Shown: positions 14,001-23,373, counted from the stretch's first letter. The stretch: DNA of 64,000 nucleotides from Oculina patagonica (GCF_052425735.1 NC_135763.1:3162001-3226000), one strand, 5' to 3'. The notes: generated by a model from the letters alone, not told the origin. Translations and numbers: made by a program.

Positions 14001-15149
14001 AAGTTACAGATTTGATAAAACAACATTGTAAAATGCATAAAGACAACGAATTCAAAGAAGACTAAAAGTTTCAGATAAAGGAGGTTTTTTTGCAGAAAAT
14101 TTCGTGTTCAGTTTTAACTTTTTAATGTGACACTCGGCTATATAAACAAAAGTAAACTGACTGATCCAAGAGTTGTAAAATGATTTAACATGTTTATTGT
14201 GAACAAAACATTCATAAATCAACAGTAGACAATATTTGTCGTTTTTCGCCTATCGACTTTCATTGGTGCAATGCAAAAAAAATTTCCACGTATTTTCGAG
14301 AAAACAATTAAATACATAAGATTGTGTAAATTCAAACTCTGCGCGCATGCATTCAATAGTATGATAAACAATTTTAATAAATGAGAAAAATTCACTGAGT
14401 CGCCGTTTTCAGTTCTTTGCGCTACTTAGTGCTGAACGATAAAGACAATAGCGTGTTTACGTATGTCTTGGGCATAATTAAGAAATTTTACAAAAAAAAT
14501 GTTTCCTTTCTTATCTCAGATGCGATCCAATGACACGCCCCATGTTCCGTCATTAACAGCAGGACAAGACGAACGTCAAAGGGAACGAGAACTGATCATG
14601 AAGATCCTGGAGGAAATTAAGAAGTTCAAACTAGAAACGCATAAACAGGTGGAAAAATCCGAAAAACTTATGGAAAGTACAGAATGGCAGCTTATGTCCA
14701 CAGCGTCTAGCCGCCGATGGTTACAGGAGAAGCTAGCAAGAGGTTTTGAGAGTATTAGGGACTTGTTTCGAAGATCATTACGAGCGGACGAACAGAGGAT
14801 GAGCAGTCCAGCCTTAGCTAAAGCAAACTTGATGTCACTGATCGAGAAAGATGAGAGTTACAACAAAGGACACTGGCCTACTAACACGGAATTGTTGACA
14901 AAAATAAGCGATGAACTGGCAGAGATTGGAAAATACACAGCCGACACGAGTGGTGAATTCCTTGAAAGAATGGAAAGTTTGAAGACGGATGCAGAGAAAC
15001 TAAGAAATGGGTTAAACGACATGGACAGTTATGTCGAGAAAGAGTTCAGCGAAGTAAAAGAATTGATTCGAAAGAACTGCACGAAATACAAAGAAGAAGA
15101 AGACGAAGAAGACAAATTCCTGGCCAGCATTGGGGTAATCAGAACATAA
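1..15149 (+). CDS. Multi-exon gene (5'-partial): TRPC-like transient receptor potential cation channel with an N-terminal vWA-like domain, a C-terminal SPRY domain and alternative coiled-coil last exons
   Basis: Hand-spliced exons, all GT-AG and phase-consistent: <2-226, 466-694, 1450-1473, 1643-1979, 2564-2914, 3201-3227, 4469-4658, 5357-5551, 9196-9274, 9520-9644, 10563-10709, 11263-11425, 12037-12236, then 13469-14065 OR 14520-15149 (about 960-975 aa visible). TRPC-like motifs: S1 TTPYFVFLRDTLSYLALL, S3 SDRWNILD, S4-S5 linker VGPIQIALFHIIGDV, pore LCWSLLG (cf. LFW), S6 LLVNMMIALLSNTYQRV, TRP box EWSYKKA (cf. EWKFAR) followed by PIPVPLNLI. Confidence 0.88.
2..694 (+). CDS. vWA-like domain exons of the TRP gene (2-226, 466-694)
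   Basis: Spliced product contains ...DRQHAEKVLIFFTDHK...GIKLVPVGIGSHINIRELERI, matching the vWA pattern R..A.KV.I..TDG...GI.I.AVGIG.....EL..I. Donors AAG|gttggt (226) and CACG|gtaagt (694); acceptor gtcag|GTC (466). Confidence 0.75.
722..1089 (-). mobile_element. 5'-truncated LINE (CR1/L2-like) 3' end in a TRP intron
   Basis: ORF 811-1089 (MYKTVNGLAPDYL...YNLR...RSFSYRGAILWNNMP) is the typical C-terminus of CR1/L2-type RT ORF2; short 3'UTR, AATAAA and (TTACA)n tail at about 722-745. Confidence 0.8.
1643..5551 (+). CDS. TRP transmembrane core S1-S6 and TRP box (exons 1643-1979, 2564-2914, 3201-3227, 4469-4658, 5357-5551)
   Basis: Hydrophobic helices plus WNILD, GPIQI, LCWSLLG, NMMIALLSNTY, EWSYKKA and PIPVPLNLI motifs in the correct order and frame. 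Confidence 0.9.
3294..4290. repeat. About 1-kb minisatellite, 22-bp unit AAAAGAAGCGTGATTTGGGTGT, about 45 copies
   Basis: Directly visible tandem array with variant units (GATTTCAGGGT, GGTTTTGATGT); it explains the ORFs at 3295-4323 and 3756-4049. Confidence 0.95.
4768..5078. mobile_element. MITE with CCGGGG...CCCATATGAA terminal inverted repeats
   Basis: ccgggggaagggactcccatatgaa at the left end and ttcatatgggagatcccctccgggg at the right end. Confidence 0.6.
5982..6035. repeat. (AAT)n microsatellite
   Basis: About 17 AAT units. Confidence 0.95.
6994..7989 (-). CDS. Intronless class A (rhodopsin-family) GPCR, melanocortin/adenosine-receptor-like orphan, nested in TRP intron 5552-9195
   Basis: 331 aa with 7 hydrophobic segments; GN (TM1), LAVTD (TM2), ISVDRL (DRY variant), CYLP (TM6), NSSLNPVLF (NPxxY variant), helix 8 KEVRRAVK. 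Confidence 0.9.
   Translation of the reverse strand: MSNFSDESRKEALRRFLFCTVSDGDNDQGSGLLFAFKLLVPVYISLTITATLGNSLILAALHKDTSLHLPSKILLRTLAVTDLCVGIIGLPLCVIFIFSALFASWDLCRMAKILMYVFNTIFSCVSLLTLTAISVDRLLALLLRLRYRQVVTVKRVRAVVVLFWLSTSVTGVLTYVSDMNPYLIISGVCTINLLPLLISTYSYSRIFLTIRRQRQIQLRSSPLGLTASSGLNMERYKKTVHNALWVHLTLVACYLPSSVVMVLTAVRGFTSSVLLAQGWAFALVYLNSSLNPVLFCWKIKEVRRAVKEIMRQFRKVDTIVVVGNQQSYNNQ
10160..10446 (+). mobile_element. tRNA-derived SINE, family 1
   Basis: A box (TGGCCGAGTGG), B-box-like (GGTTCAGACC), conserved body ccactagctggatttgtttctcgg, (TTA)n tail; other copies at 59390-59576 and 62955-63122. Confidence 0.8.
10563..12236 (+). CDS. SPRY domain exons (RanBPM/SPRYD3-type) of the TRP gene (10563-10709, 11263-11425, 12037-12236)
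   Basis: PHFEVLIQETG..FLGVGVV...MPGWLDGTVGYHIDDGKIF...GDVIGC...VVFSLNG...LFPYIAM reproduces the SPRY signature YFEV..G.IG..PGW...GYH.DDG..F..GDVIGCG...FFT.NG...LYP.VG. Confidence 0.88.
11038..11125. repeat. (CTG)n/(GAC)n low-complexity microsatellite in a TRP intron
   Basis: Visible trinucleotide runs. Confidence 0.85.
11525..11734. other. Assembly gap (210 N) inside an intronic repeat
   Basis: Run of N. The flanking exons (ending 11425, starting 12037) join in phase within the SPRY domain, so probably no exon is lost. Confidence 0.95.
12383..12792. mobile_element. MITE-like element with internal TGTCGC/GCGACA repeats
   Basis: Ends aaggtc... and ...gacctta; many palindromic tgtcgc/gcgaca motifs inside. 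Confidence 0.6.
13469..14065 (+). CDS. Alternative terminal exon A (198 aa, predicted coiled-coil) of the TRP gene
   Basis: Phase-0 acceptor ttctttctaatcccag|ATG matches the phase-0 donor at 12236; open to TAA; AATAAA at about 14376, upstream of the next acceptor. Confidence 0.75.
   Translation: MRSNDTYHVQPTTTRKNEQAMERELIMTILDKINNFKTETEKQVEETNEVIRSAEFGLHHSQSSRRRLFNRLKYGFESVKDLFRWAIEVDERRMHSPRLTRRNLKDLCTKDEMDHKEQWPTNTELLTKISNKLAEIEEYTAEMSGTFLKRLECLKTDMKNNCDGLKDMGTYVEKEFREVTDLIKQHCKMHKDNEFKED
14520..15149 (+). CDS. Alternative terminal exon B (209 aa), paralogous to exon A
   Basis: Phase-0 acceptor tttcttatctcag|ATG; same MRSNDT start; shared blocks RELIM, GFES..DLFR, WPTNTELLTKIS, YVEKEF; intact ORF. 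Confidence 0.75.
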   Translation: MRSNDTPHVPSLTAGQDERQRERELIMKILEEIKKFKLETHKQVEKSEKLMESTEWQLMSTASSRRWLQEKLARGFESIRDLFRRSLRADEQRMSSPALAKANLMSLIEKDESYNKGHWPTNTELLTKISDELAEIGKYTADTSGEFLERMESLKTDAEKLRNGLNDMDSYVEKEFSEVKELIRKNCTKYKEEEDEEDKFLASIGVIRT

Positions 15150-15234
15150 AAAAATAGCGAGCTTTTTAAATATTTTATTAGTGTTTGTATTTAAGGTTAA
15201 CTGTTACTGTTTCTTGTAAATACTAAGTACGTAT

Positions 15235-15772
15235 ATAGCATGATAAATTTTGCATTAACTGAAAAACTCGAAAAAAAAAATCCGAGTTCCAAATGGGATT
15301 TTAACCCACGACCCTCCGTGATCTTGTCGGATGCTCTACCAAAAGTACCACCGAGCTACTGGAGACTCTATGGCGAGCAAGGGTGAAATGTGGGTCTTGA
15401 CTAGAACCGCATCACGCAGTCACATAGTCAAATCAGTACAAGTACACATATGACTCATAACTGCATCGCGCAGTCACATTAAAGCATACCTGAGATGCAA
15501 ACCATCGAGCCGCCCAAGTGAGTCGTTATGTAGAAATATAGCATGAAAAATTTTGCATTAGCTGAAAAACTCGGAAAAAATTCCGAGTTCCAGATGGGAT
15601 TTGAACCCACGACCCTCCGACCCTCCAGTAGCTCAGTGGTAGAGCATCCGACTAGATCACGGAGGGTCGTGGGTTCAAATCCCATCTGGAACTCGGAATT
15701 TTTTTCCGAGTTTTTCAGTTAATGCAAAATTTATCATGCTATATTTATACATAACGACTCACTTGGGCGGCT
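15235..15772. mobile_element. tRNA-head-containing retroelement arranged as tandem plus inverted copies (fold-back)
   Basis: 15235-15365 is partly repeated at 15535-15620 and inverted at 15624-15772; the tRNA-like segment 15624-15691 has A box TAGCTCAGTGG and B box GGTTCAAATCC. Confidence 0.75.
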
Positions 15773-16259
15773 GGAAAGTACAGAAGTATATACTGAGTTA
15801 CAATTGGTTTTACGTACAGTACACTTATTGTGAATTATTTTGAGTTCTACTCAGCGAAATATCTTTTTTGTGACATAAACTTTTAAATGTTTATAGAGAA
15901 CTAAATATTAACAAATCATCATTTTGCACTTATATGTTGCCTATATCATGAGTGCTTTGCAAAAGTAAATTTCTCTAGATGGAAGCCGAGACACGAATTG
16001 GAAGAGGGAAATTGGGACAAAAGGTCTGGAGGCCAAAGACAACGTGTACTTGTTATTTCACTTATAACAAAAACGACCATATGCCTTACTACTTATGAAG
16101 AATATTTCTATTAATGTTAAGCTTTGAGTGTTTCCTGAAATAATTTAAAGAATATATACGTGCCATTTAATATTAGTTGAAGTTTGTAATACCGACAAAC
16201 AAAGTCACCTTGACATTCTAACTTTTCCACGGTCAAGGTGTAAAGCAAGGAAATGTTCT

Positions 16260-16601
16260 TTGGTACCGACCACGGGGATTTCGCAGTTTTTTGATCTCAA
16301 CTGTTCTGAAATTAGTGGTAGGCAACGTAACCCATGAAAGCATTATCTTTGATCATTAAAAGGAAGCTATAACCTTAATTTGCGGATAGAAAATCAAGCT
16401 ACGGCTATGATCAATATCGATTTTTTGAAGACTCGCGGAAACAACTTGAAAAGTTAAGCCTTAATTTTTCAAGTTACAATCCATTTCAATCCAAGCCATC
16501 CGCAACCAAAGACATTCTTTAACAGTCTCGGTGCTCTAATATAGCAATTTTTGATAAAAATGGACCATTATTTTTAGATTGTCTTTGACTTATATCTTAA
16601 G
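16260..16601. mobile_element. Degenerate copy of the TTAA-flanked (Kolobok-like) MITE
   Basis: Shares ctgttctgaaattagtgg...aatttgcggatagaaa(a)tcaagcta with 59977-60365 and 24254-24640. Confidence 0.65.
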
Positions 16602-16613
16602 TCGAGAAACAGT

Positions 16614-17575
16614 CCGAGGGGGCTACTCAAAAAGATTTATACAGAGAGGCTCCGCCCAGATCAGGTCCAGCCCCTTACCCAGTTTTTACGTATTTATTCA
16701 ATTAAGCACCCTGGCGCTTATTTAATTTTTGGACCTTGAAAGTGGGCGCTTATTCGAGGCTGGGCGCTTATTAAATTTTCACCATTTTTAGCAAAAAGTA
16801 CGTTTATTTTGCAAGAAAACAATATATAATAACAAAACGTGAAGATGTACCAAAGCTGAATTAAAACTGTTCCGTAAAAGTTTCTGTAAAATATTAAGAA
16901 AATGCGGTCTTCTGGGTAGTCCCTTAGTAGTACTTAGTCAATTTCAATTTAAATCAGTCTTGTGCCCTTTTTTTAGGGGGTGGGGGCGGGCGCTTATTAA
17001 CTATTCCTACCTATAGGATGGGCGCTTATTCGAGGTGGGCGCTTATTCGAGGTTGGGCGCTTAATCGAATAAATACGGTATATACCATTTTGACTAGTGT
17101 ATCAAAATTGATATTGTAGAATGTAATGTAGTGTATTCAACAATTTGTAAACTTTTACTGGTGTAGCGCTTTCGTAAATTGTAATCTGTAGTTCGTGTCT
17201 GTGTTTGAAATATAATAATAAACATTTGAAAAAAATATATGTATATATATACCGTTTTGACAGAAAAGGTACCCCTTTCGTATACCCTTTATTGAAAAAG
17301 GTACCCTTTTATATACCTAAATGACATGACATATACCTAAAACAGGAAGCCTTGTTGTCATTTTAATGTAGCGTTTAAGAAATTAAAATGATTCAGCCAT
17401 AAGGTGGGTCTGTTCGAAATATTTTAAATACTTCAATTTTAAAACACCTAAGCGACCGATTTTCCTACCCTTTCATACACCTTGACTTTTGAAATCCCTA
17501 CCCTTTTATATACCTGAAGTATGAAAAAGGGACCTCTTTCGGGCGGAGCCTTCCCGTAGAGGTACTCCCCCGGGA
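16614..17575. mobile_element. CCGGGG-type MITE carrying a nested TA-flanked MITE (about 16688-17080)
   Basis: Outer ends ...gaggctccgccc and gggcggagcc...tactccccccggg; inner TIRs cgtatttattcaattaagcaccc and gggcgcttaatcgaataaatacgg, with GGGCGCTTATT repeats; a truncated copy of the inner element lies at 50455-50510. Confidence 0.65.
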
Positions 17576-17729
17576 GAACCTACCTATATCTCTCCATGCC
17601 ATAAGGCACATAAGGCTTTGACATTCTCTTTTCATCTTCTACGATTTGCTGCAAGGGCTCTGACATTCGCCCATGACTGCCACCCAGCTGTTTGCCTTTC
17701 ATCTTCAACCATCCTCCTCCATTTCCCCG

Positions 17730-17908
17730 GGAGAAACAGACGCAGAACTTTGTCATCATTTCCTTTACTGCTCGTCGAACCTCTTTCATCTTCCAGCAGA
17801 AAAGAAATGGATTTAGTGAAGAATTAAGGAATTATAGGACCTATTTTTTTTTTCTAAATGCCTATCCCTGAACTAGAAAAAAATCAGGTAAAGCCCCAAT
17901 GGCTGTAG
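17730..17908 (-). pseudogene. GPCR pseudogene fragment (TM7-helix 8), same family as 6994-7989
   Basis: Close nucleotide match to 7065-7200 (tcctttactgctcgtcgaacctct...ttccagcagaaaaga...gaagaattaagg); translates LNSSLNPFLFCWKMKEVRRAVKEM; upstream part broken by indels. Confidence 0.8.
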
Positions 17909-17917
17909 AAGTTGTTC

Positions 17918-18073
17918 GAGGTTTAACCTCATCTCTTTTTTTTTAGCTCAAGGATGGGCATTTACTTTAGTTTACCTTAATTCTTCACTGAATCCATTTC
18001 TTTATTGCTGGAAGATCAAAGAGGTTTGATGAGCAGTGAAGGAAATGATAACACAGTTCTGCGTCTGTTTCTC
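17918..18073 (+). pseudogene. Second GPCR pseudogene fragment, inverted relative to 17730-17908
   Basis: Reads RGLTSS..LAQGWAFTLVYLNSSLNPFLYCWKIKEV then an in-frame TGA; reverse-complementary to the left fragment. Confidence 0.8.
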
Positions 18074-20218
18074 GACTTACGATATAAAATGGACACGTTT
18101 AATGGTTGTAGAAAATGAACAAAGCAAAAGCAATCCAAACAGCACTGTCCGAGAAAAGGAAAAATCTGACGAAAAGTAGGTTTTGTTAACAGGGCTGCAA
18201 ATAACAGTCGGTCATCGAACATTGGCCGACCAAGATTGGTTCATGTCCGACTAAATCCAAAGTGTGGTCAGACATGATGACCGGACAATTTTTTTTGTTA
18301 ATCATTTTATGGCAACGATGAATACAAATCTGTCCGACCACAATTTTGTTTTGTCCGACCAAGATGGTGTCTTAGAGAGATTGACTTAAGTCACTTAACG
18401 TTCGTGGAGATGCTGCTTACGACATTCTGGAAGTATTGGTAAACAAAAGGTGTTACCTTTCAGGCTGTCGTGTAAACGGAAAGACAAAAAAATTGCTATC
18501 TTTTCTACTCAAATGCAGTTGACAGATTTCTTTATTGATGTACACCTAAATTTTAGGCATGTTCCAAATATAAGCCCGACCATTGACGAAACTTGAAATT
18601 TCCATCTGATATTAAATCCCACCAAAAAAGTCCCACCAAAAAAGCCATAAATGAAACCAGGTCATCTTATCGAGATTTTACTGTATTAAGCTATTTCCAC
18701 AAGGAGCATTCATTTCGATTAATTCGTCTCCACAATGACGCACAAAAAAGTGAAGCTAGATCCAGTTTAAGAAACCGAAATGATCATTCATTATCATTAT
18801 TGTCATTGACAATTAAAAATTACAATAGAAACAATGGGAAACAAAGAGATTTTAAAGGTTTACGTACGATTCTCGTAGACTTAATAACTGTTATGTACGT
18901 GGAGAAGTACAGCTGCTACGTTTTACAATAACCTCCTAATTCCCAGGATTTTGAAAACGGATAAGAAAAGTTTTATTTTCCTGGGAAATACTTGCACGTA
19001 ACTGTTTAACTGGAAAGTTACGGCTGGTTTTGATTCACTTTCGATGCAGTTAGTCGCAGGAAGGAGGTTGTAACTCATAAGAGGAATAAAAATACATATT
19101 ACGTAGATGAAATAATGAAAAACAAATCGTGCATGATATTTATTCATTAAGACAGCCAACACGCGGTTTTAGAATATAAAGAATCTAAACTTCAGTTTAT
19201 CCCAGCTCAGTTATTAGTAAATAATTAAAATAAATTCCATAAAAACACCCGTTTTTGTTTTTCTTGAAATTGTTTGCGGAAATGAATTGTTTATTCTTTG
19301 CCGGGCTCTTAAACTATCGATGGTTTTATATGTGGAAGGATTATTGTCATTGTGAACGGAAATATTCCTTGGTTTATATTTTGCATAATGAACTCTATAT
19401 AATGATACTGTATAACAAGGAAACAGTTCATTCATTAAGTTCGGGGACCGGAAGAGTAACAAGCTGCTTCGCCGAAGTTGGTAAGTGTGGAAAACATGTA
19501 TAACTTGAACTTCTCGGTAGCTTGAACTAAAGACAGATTTGTTTTACCGTCCTTCCATTTAAACCCGAACTGTTTCTCTAACTTCCCTTGAGGGTTCGAG
19601 GTCTACATACTCTATCTTGCTTGTTTGAAGCAGTTATTTAGCTTTGTTTTTTGCAGGAACTGATGGTGGCAACTTTTAAAATTTCGTATCTTTTGAAGGA
19701 CTTTAGTTCGATCCCGACTGAATTTTCTATCTCGAAGAATTTTTCAAAATCACCACGAACATGGTTCTATTGTGACTATTGTCTACAAAAACATTCTCGT
19801 TCTCGTGTTTGGTGACGCGGTTATTGCGTGGCGTTTCGAGGCGTAAACGGAATCCTAATCTGGACTCTATCACATGCATAGTTATCGATAATAACTGCAA
19901 GGCTGCATTATGCAACAACATTTTATTAGTAAGCAGTTAATGACGATAATTTTGCAAGGAATGGTTTTGCTTTCTCGGCCAAGCCTAACTGCGATCAGGC
20001 GTTCTTTTTTGTCGGCATATTCTTCTGTTATGTTCCTACACAATAATTAGACAAAGCAATTTTTAATTTAACTAAGTACCTTGGTAGGTGATTAGATGTA
20101 ACTACCCTATTCACTCCCTATCTTTTTTTAGATCAAAGATGTCTGACATGTCATGACAAATTGCACCGCCTTGTGTCAATAAAACTGTAGCAGGCTTTGC
20201 AAAACTGAGAACTTCAAA

Positions 20219-21241
20219 ATGAACCATTCATCAAACACCTCAGGTGGTCTTTCCTCGCCCGCAAGCGTTGTGGAGCAAGGAAGAACGTTCTACACCCAGA
20301 CAACCAACTCCATCATTGCCGTTGTTGCACTTCTTGGTAACACGTTGGTGATCCTCCTACTTGTTGTTAACAGAAAAACACTGTTGAAGAAATCTTACAA
20401 CATGTTAATCCTGTCCCTGGCCATATCTGATGTCCTGACCGCCTTCCTGCTCATCACAAACCCAGCTCTGGTTCTTGGTGACGCGTTTCCATATCCAACC
20501 AATCACGTGTTAGGAGCCATCTTCTGCCGCGTCATATGGAGCCGCGTGTTTCTCTTCCAGTTGGTGGTTTTCTCGGCCTATATCTGTATGGCCTTGGCGA
20601 CGGAACGGTGGTACGCAGTGGTCATGCCTCACAAATACAAGGAGATGTTCAACCAGAAGCGAACCCTCGTTTACATTTTCCTTGTGTGGCTGTGGTCGCT
20701 GATCCTTTGCGGTACGTCTTTGTTTGAAACTGGATACGTTCCGTCAAATCCACCAAGCTTACGTTGCAATTGGCAGCTTTACTGGAGTAAACAGCCCGTC
20801 CGTGGTATTGTTGGCTTCATTCAAGTCCTGTTCAAAATGGCGCTTCCAAGCCTCACAATGTTGCTCTTGTTTATTCACATGGTTTACAAGACAAGCAAGT
20901 CCACGGTCGCCTCAGCTGAGAGTAGGGCTAAAATGCGCGGGAAAATTACTAGGATGGTTGGTGCAGCCTCCGTGATGCTGATAATTTGTTTCGCGCCAAG
21001 TCAGACCAACTACGCGTTGGCAATGGCGGGAAAAACCCGGCTAGGTACCAAACTGCATCATATTCTTTCTATTTTGGTTTTTGTTAACAGCTGTGTGAAT
21101 CCATTCATCTATGGGCTGAGCAACAAGAATTACCGCCTTGGTTATCGGAAGATCCTACTTTCAATATGTCCTCTACGCATTAGAAGTGGCAGGAACATTG
21201 TGCAAGCATTGGAAACCTCCAATGAACAACAGCTTGCTTAA
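20219..21241 (+). CDS. Class A GPCR with intronless CDS (peptide-receptor-like orphan; allatostatin/galanin/somatostatin-like group)
   Basis: 340 aa, 7 TM; N-terminal N-glycosylation sequons (NHS, NTS), LGN, LAISD, TM3 Cys plus ECL2 Cys, TERWYAV (DRY variant), CFAP, NSCVNPFIY. A probable 5'UTR intron is suggested by a donor near 19481 and an acceptor at about 20131. Confidence 0.92.
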   Translation: MNHSSNTSGGLSSPASVVEQGRTFYTQTTNSIIAVVALLGNTLVILLLVVNRKTLLKKSYNMLILSLAISDVLTAFLLITNPALVLGDAFPYPTNHVLGAIFCRVIWSRVFLFQLVVFSAYICMALATERWYAVVMPHKYKEMFNQKRTLVYIFLVWLWSLILCGTSLFETGYVPSNPPSLRCNWQLYWSKQPVRGIVGFIQVLFKMALPSLTMLLLFIHMVYKTSKSTVASAESRAKMRGKITRMVGAASVMLIICFAPSQTNYALAMAGKTRLGTKLHHILSILVFVNSCVNPFIYGLSNKNYRLGYRKILLSICPLRIRSGRNIVQALETSNEQQLA

Positions 21242-22914
21242 ACTGTCTTGTCCCAGACTTCTCCCCTTGGTTGGAGTGCGGTGCGCGTGGGGTTGTAAGC
21301 CTGTTCAAGCCAAGAGCCTGTTGGACTCGAAACACTGCACGCGCTAACCATCAAGCCCCACACGTCGTTTCCCGCCTTTGTTGTTGTTAATTTTTTTAAA
21401 AAAAAATGAAAATCTCTCAATTTAGCATGAGTTTATATGGAACTTACTGTTATCTCGTTATAAAAAGAAATTGTTAGCCTTTCTTCATCTATTCTGGTTA
21501 CTTACTTCGTTGTTTGTACATCAGTAGAGTGATTCCAGACAAATACGTACAAGCTTATTTTAATCCTGACAAAAAAATCAGTCAAGCCTTAAGTTTTTCT
21601 TTTTAGTTATCAAACTTTCTTTTATTTACCCATTTCAGCTGGTATCGATAATTTTCTACATACCTTTATGAGTCAATCTAAACTTTCCTCACGAATGTTA
21701 ACCGTTAGTAAAATTGAAAAACTTGAATATCTCTTCGGTACAATAAAGATGAATTAGTAATGATATATTGTTACTAATTTTACAGTAAAGAATAAAAAAG
21801 GTAAATTTTAAGCTCGGGGATGAATAATGAAGATGAAATGTTCAACATGAAACGAGCGAGGGGTCCCCGACGGGAAACGAACCCTCCCCCAAACCGGGGG
21901 GGGCCCCAACCATCGGACGGGGGGGGGGGCTTTTATAGATACGTTAACTTTGATCCGAAAAGAATGCGAGATATATAGTGACACTTGCATAAAATCTGTC
22001 GGGAATCGGTTTCAGAATACCGTATGTAATATACCCATACATATTTTTATGGTAGACTGTGAGTTAGATCGGTGGGGTAAGAAAAAGTATATTTTGGTTC
22101 AACGGCATAAGGCAGTTAAAGAAGCCGTCACGATAAATCGAGCCATTTCGAGCTGATGCACAATAAAATTAGTTTGAAGTCGAAGGGGAACCTCAAAATA
22201 CTAGTCTGGGAAAAAGGTAGAAAAACGTTCAGTAAAAATTTTAAGATAAGGGAAGAATGAAGTGGACTACGAACATTTAACTTGAACGTTAAGGCCAAAA
22301 TGTTGAGATTCTTCCAGGCTCTCAGGTTGTGGGGTAAAAAAAAAAAGGAAAATTAAGGAGGCAAAGGTTAGCCTGGAACAACCGTGACACCGCTGATCAC
22401 GTTTACTTTTAATGTTTGTGTTATTCCGTGGCATTACATTATTTTGCCTTACTGTAATGTAAGAATTATAAGTGTTTGACAATGTATAAGTGTTTGACAA
22501 TATATAAGTGTTTGATTACATTATTTTGTGGCTTACAGTAATTGCCATACTGTAATGTAAGAATTATAAGTGTTAAGACAATATATGTGTTTGACAATGT
22601 ACTGGCCTGAAGAAGACTAGCTCTGTAGTTGAAAGATTGGCCATAAATTTGCCTTCTGCCGTTGTACCAGCCTTGCAATCAATTTGGTTTATAAGCACTA
22701 GAGTGACGTCAGGTACGAGCATAAAAGAGAGGCAGCAGAGAAGCCAAGCAGTTTTTTCTCGTTGGGGTCCCCTACATCCAAACTGTTTTTATAAATGTGA
22801 CCTAGTAGTATATAAAAAACATTCTTGTTCACGTGAAGAAACGAACGTGTGAAAATAATAAGTGCGTTCGTTTAACAAAACAATATCAACGCAGCTTCTT
22901 TGCAAAATATATAT

Positions 22915-22920
22915 TTTATT
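22915..22920 (-). promoter_or_regulatory. Candidate polyadenylation signal of the dynein-like gene
   Basis: AATAAA on the - strand about 450 nt downstream of the stop codon at 23374. Confidence 0.45.
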
Positions 22921-23373
22921 TTCTGTACAAACGTGACGAGGCAAGAAGAGACCTCGCGAAATTAATTTAATTCACCTGAACGTGATGGGAATTTAGTAAC
23001 GTACAAACTGATGAAATATTTTTCTCCAGGACTAAAACCTTACAACGAACTTTTTAGTTCTTCTAAAATTACAGTTTAGAGAACCAGCTCTCTGACAAAA
23101 CATTGGAGATAACTACAAAGAAATGCAGCTTACGCCTTTCGGCTCTGCAGTTGGATGTTCTTCTTGAAAAACCATACACAGCAATGAACTGTAAGTGTTA
23201 ACTTTTTAAGGCAGAGCCTACCTGGCTTACATATAGCGAGGGTTTAAACATCCGGTTTTCTAAACACGCAAGTTATAGCTACAAATAACTAGACGCACAA
23301 GACACTGCTCAAATTCCTTTGATAAATATTGCCTGTAAGGGCACACAAATGCTCGCTTTGTAAAGATAATAAA

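Noticed and set aside
13469-15149. Two stand-alone single-exon genes starting with MRSNDT
   Set aside because: Each ATG directly follows a polypyrimidine-CAG acceptor in phase with the open donor at 12236, and the SPRY exon has no other terminal exon; alternative last exons explain this better.
15624-15691. Possible tRNA gene (also about 62765-62836 and the SINE heads)
   Set aside because: A and B boxes are present but the anticodon and acceptor stems are irregular, and each is embedded in a repeat with a tail, inversion or TSD; treated as tRNA-derived retroposon heads.
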